From contig CBDDTI010000313.1 of assembly GCA_965233585.1 (NCBI GenBank), positions 1-46,499 on the forward strand: a stretch of DNA of 46,499 nt. Direction: 5' to 3'. Position 1 is the stretch's first letter; each line of letters opens with the position of its first letter. The DNA is from a bacterium. GTDB lineage: Bacteria; SAR324; NAC60-12. The position numbers were made by a program, and so were the translations under genes. Below, one piece after another: positions 44,201 through 46,499 of the stretch. The notes under the pieces are model-generated. The model worked only from the letters and a program-made list of their open reading frames with translations. It had not been told where the DNA came from and made no database searches.

Positions 44201-46499
44201 GAATGTTTGGATGGTACCCTATTGTGCCCAACAACTTTTTGGGGTTGAAAAAAATCCAAAACCATTACTCAACCTTTCTTTGAGTAAAGCTGGTCCATTT
44301 ACTTTAGGAAACCATATTTGTGATAAAGCTTGAAGATCCAACCTTTTCCAAATAATTAGATGTCTGAAAAAACCATGAATGGTTGAGTTACTCAATAATA
44401 TGAATGTTTGGATGGTACTCTATTGTGCCCAACAATTTTTGGGGTTGAAAAAAAAACAAAAACCCTTTCTCCACCTTTCTTTGAGTAAAGCTGGTCCATT
44501 TACTTTAGAAAGCAATATTTGTGATAAAGTTTTAAAATGCAAGGTTTTCCAAATAATTAGATGCCTTATTAAACCCTTATTAAAAAACAGCATCCAGACA
44601 ATTTTTCAAGGTGGTACCCCATGAGTGGCTGAGTTACTCAATAATATGAATGTTTGGATGGTACTCTATTGTGCCCAACAACTTTTTGGGTTGAAAAAAA
44701 TCCAAAACCATTACTCAACCTTTCTTTGAGTAAAGCTGGTCCATTTACTTTAGAAAGCCATATTTGTGTTAAAGCTTGAAGATCCAACCTTTTCCAAATA
44801 ATTAGATGTCTGAAAAAACCATGAATGGCTGAGTTACTCAATAATATGAATGTTTGGATGGTGCTCTATTGTGCCCAACATTTTTTGGGGTTGAAAAAAA
44901 CAAAAACCCTTTCTCCACCTTTCTTTGAGTAAAGCTGGTCCATTTACTTTAGAAAGCAATATTTGTGATAAAGTTTTAAAATGCAAGGTTTTCCAAATAA
45001 TTAGATGCCTTATTAAACCCTTATTAAAAAACAGCATCCAGACAATTTTTCAAGGTGGTACCCCATGAGTGGCTGAGTTACTCAATAATATGAATGTTTG
45101 GATGGTACTCTATTGTGCCCAACAACTTTTTGGGTTGAAAAAAATAAAAACCCTTTCTCCACCGTTCTTTGAGTAAAGCTGGTCCATTTACTTTAGAAAG
45201 CCATATTTGTGTTGAAGCTTGAAGATCCAACCTTTTCCAAATAATTAGATGTCTGAAAAAACCATGAATGGCTGAGTTACTCAATAATATGAATGTTTGG
45301 ATGGTACTCTATTGTGCCCAACAACTTTTTTGGGGTTGAAAAAAATAAAAAACCTTCTCCACCTTTCTTTGAGTAAAGCTGGTCCATTTACTTTAGAAAG
45401 CCATATTTGTGTTAAATCTAAATGCAAGGTTTTCCAAATAATTAGATGCCTTATTAAACCCTTATTAAAAAACAGCATCCAGACAATTTTTCAAGATGGT
45501 ACCCCATGAGTGGCTGAGTTACTCAATAGTATGAATGTTTGGATGGTACTCTATTGTGCCCAACAACTTTGGGTGTTGAAAAAAACAAAAACCCTTTCTC
45601 CACCTTTCCTTTAGTAAAGCTGGTCCATTTACTTTAGGAAACCATATTTGTGATAAAGTTCTAAAACTCTAAAATGCAAGGTTTTCCAAATAATTAGATG
45701 CCTTATTAAACCCTTATTAAAAAACAGCACCCAAACAATTTTTCAAGGTGGTACCCCATGAGTGGCTGAGTTACTCAATAGTATGAATGTTTGGATGGTA
45801 CTCTATTGTGCCCAACAACTTTGGGTGTTGAAAAAAAACAAAAACCCTTTCCCCACCTTTCCTTTAGTAAAGCTGGTCCATTTACTTTAGGAAACCATAT
45901 TTGTGATAAAGTTCTAAAACTCTAAAATGCAAGGTTTTCCAAATAATTAGATGCCTTATTAAACCCTTATTAAAAAACAGCATCCAGACAATTTTTCAAG
46001 GTGGTACCCCATGAGTGGCTGAGTTACTCAATAATATGAATGTTTGGATGGTACTCTATTGTGCCCAACAACTTTTGGGGTTGAAAAAATAAAAACCCTT
46101 TCTCCACCTTTCTTTGAGTAAAGCTGGTCCATTTACTTTAGGAAACCATATTTGTGATAAAGCTTTAAAATGCAAGGTTTTCCAAATAATTAGATGCCTT
46201 ATTAAACCCTTATTAAAAAACAGCACCCAAACAATTTTTCAAGGTGGTACCCTATGAGTGGCTGAGTTACTCAATAATATGAATGTTTGGATGGTACCCT
46301 ATTGTGCCCAACAAGTTTTGGGGTTGAAAAAAATCCAAAACCATTACTCAACCTTTCTTTGAGTAAAGCTGGTCCATTTACTTTAGAAAGCCATATTTGT
46401 GTTAAAGCTTGAAGATCCAACCTTTTGCAAATAATTAGATGTCTGAAAAAACCATGAATGGCTGAGTTACTCAATAATATGAATGTTTGGCTGGTGCTC
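35294..46499. repeat. Satellite array S4 (copy of S1 with one extra ~2.46-kb higher-order unit; runs off the window end)
   Basis: Same monomer-variant order as S1; marker GGAGATACCTCA(T/C)GATTGGCTCAG at ~35.31, 37.82 and 40.28 kb. Confidence 0.97.

Overview
Eukaryotic, almost CpG-free DNA, most likely dinoflagellate (inferred from the GA-donor intron, GCC-ATG-GC start context and all genes lying on one strand). The window is a macro-tandem array of one composite unit, with offsets of ~16.36 kb and ~15.8 kb between sub-blocks and ~33.4 kb between the two large arrays. The unit has three parts. (i) A ~4.5-kb minus-strand gene (26021->21472) whose pieces read as a pogo/Tc5-type transposase (HTH-psq-like + CENP-B-type HTH + DD35D catalytic domain) followed by an Ulp1/C48 SUMO-protease domain with an intact H-D-C triad and a Cys-rich tail; it is broken by 4 frameshifts (3 in A-runs) and one TGA. 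(ii) Four arrays of a ~200/245/253-bp satellite with higher-order structure; the monomer supplies the transposase ATG and runs into the 3' end of a small upstream ORF. (iii) Several accessory genes, including two paralogous spliced CxxC-x14-CxxC/coiled-coil/NLS proteins. A 5'-only transposase fragment, microhomology junctions and a deletion-riddled stretch (probably poor consensus) are also present. No TIRs, CRISPR spacers or RNA genes could be identified.
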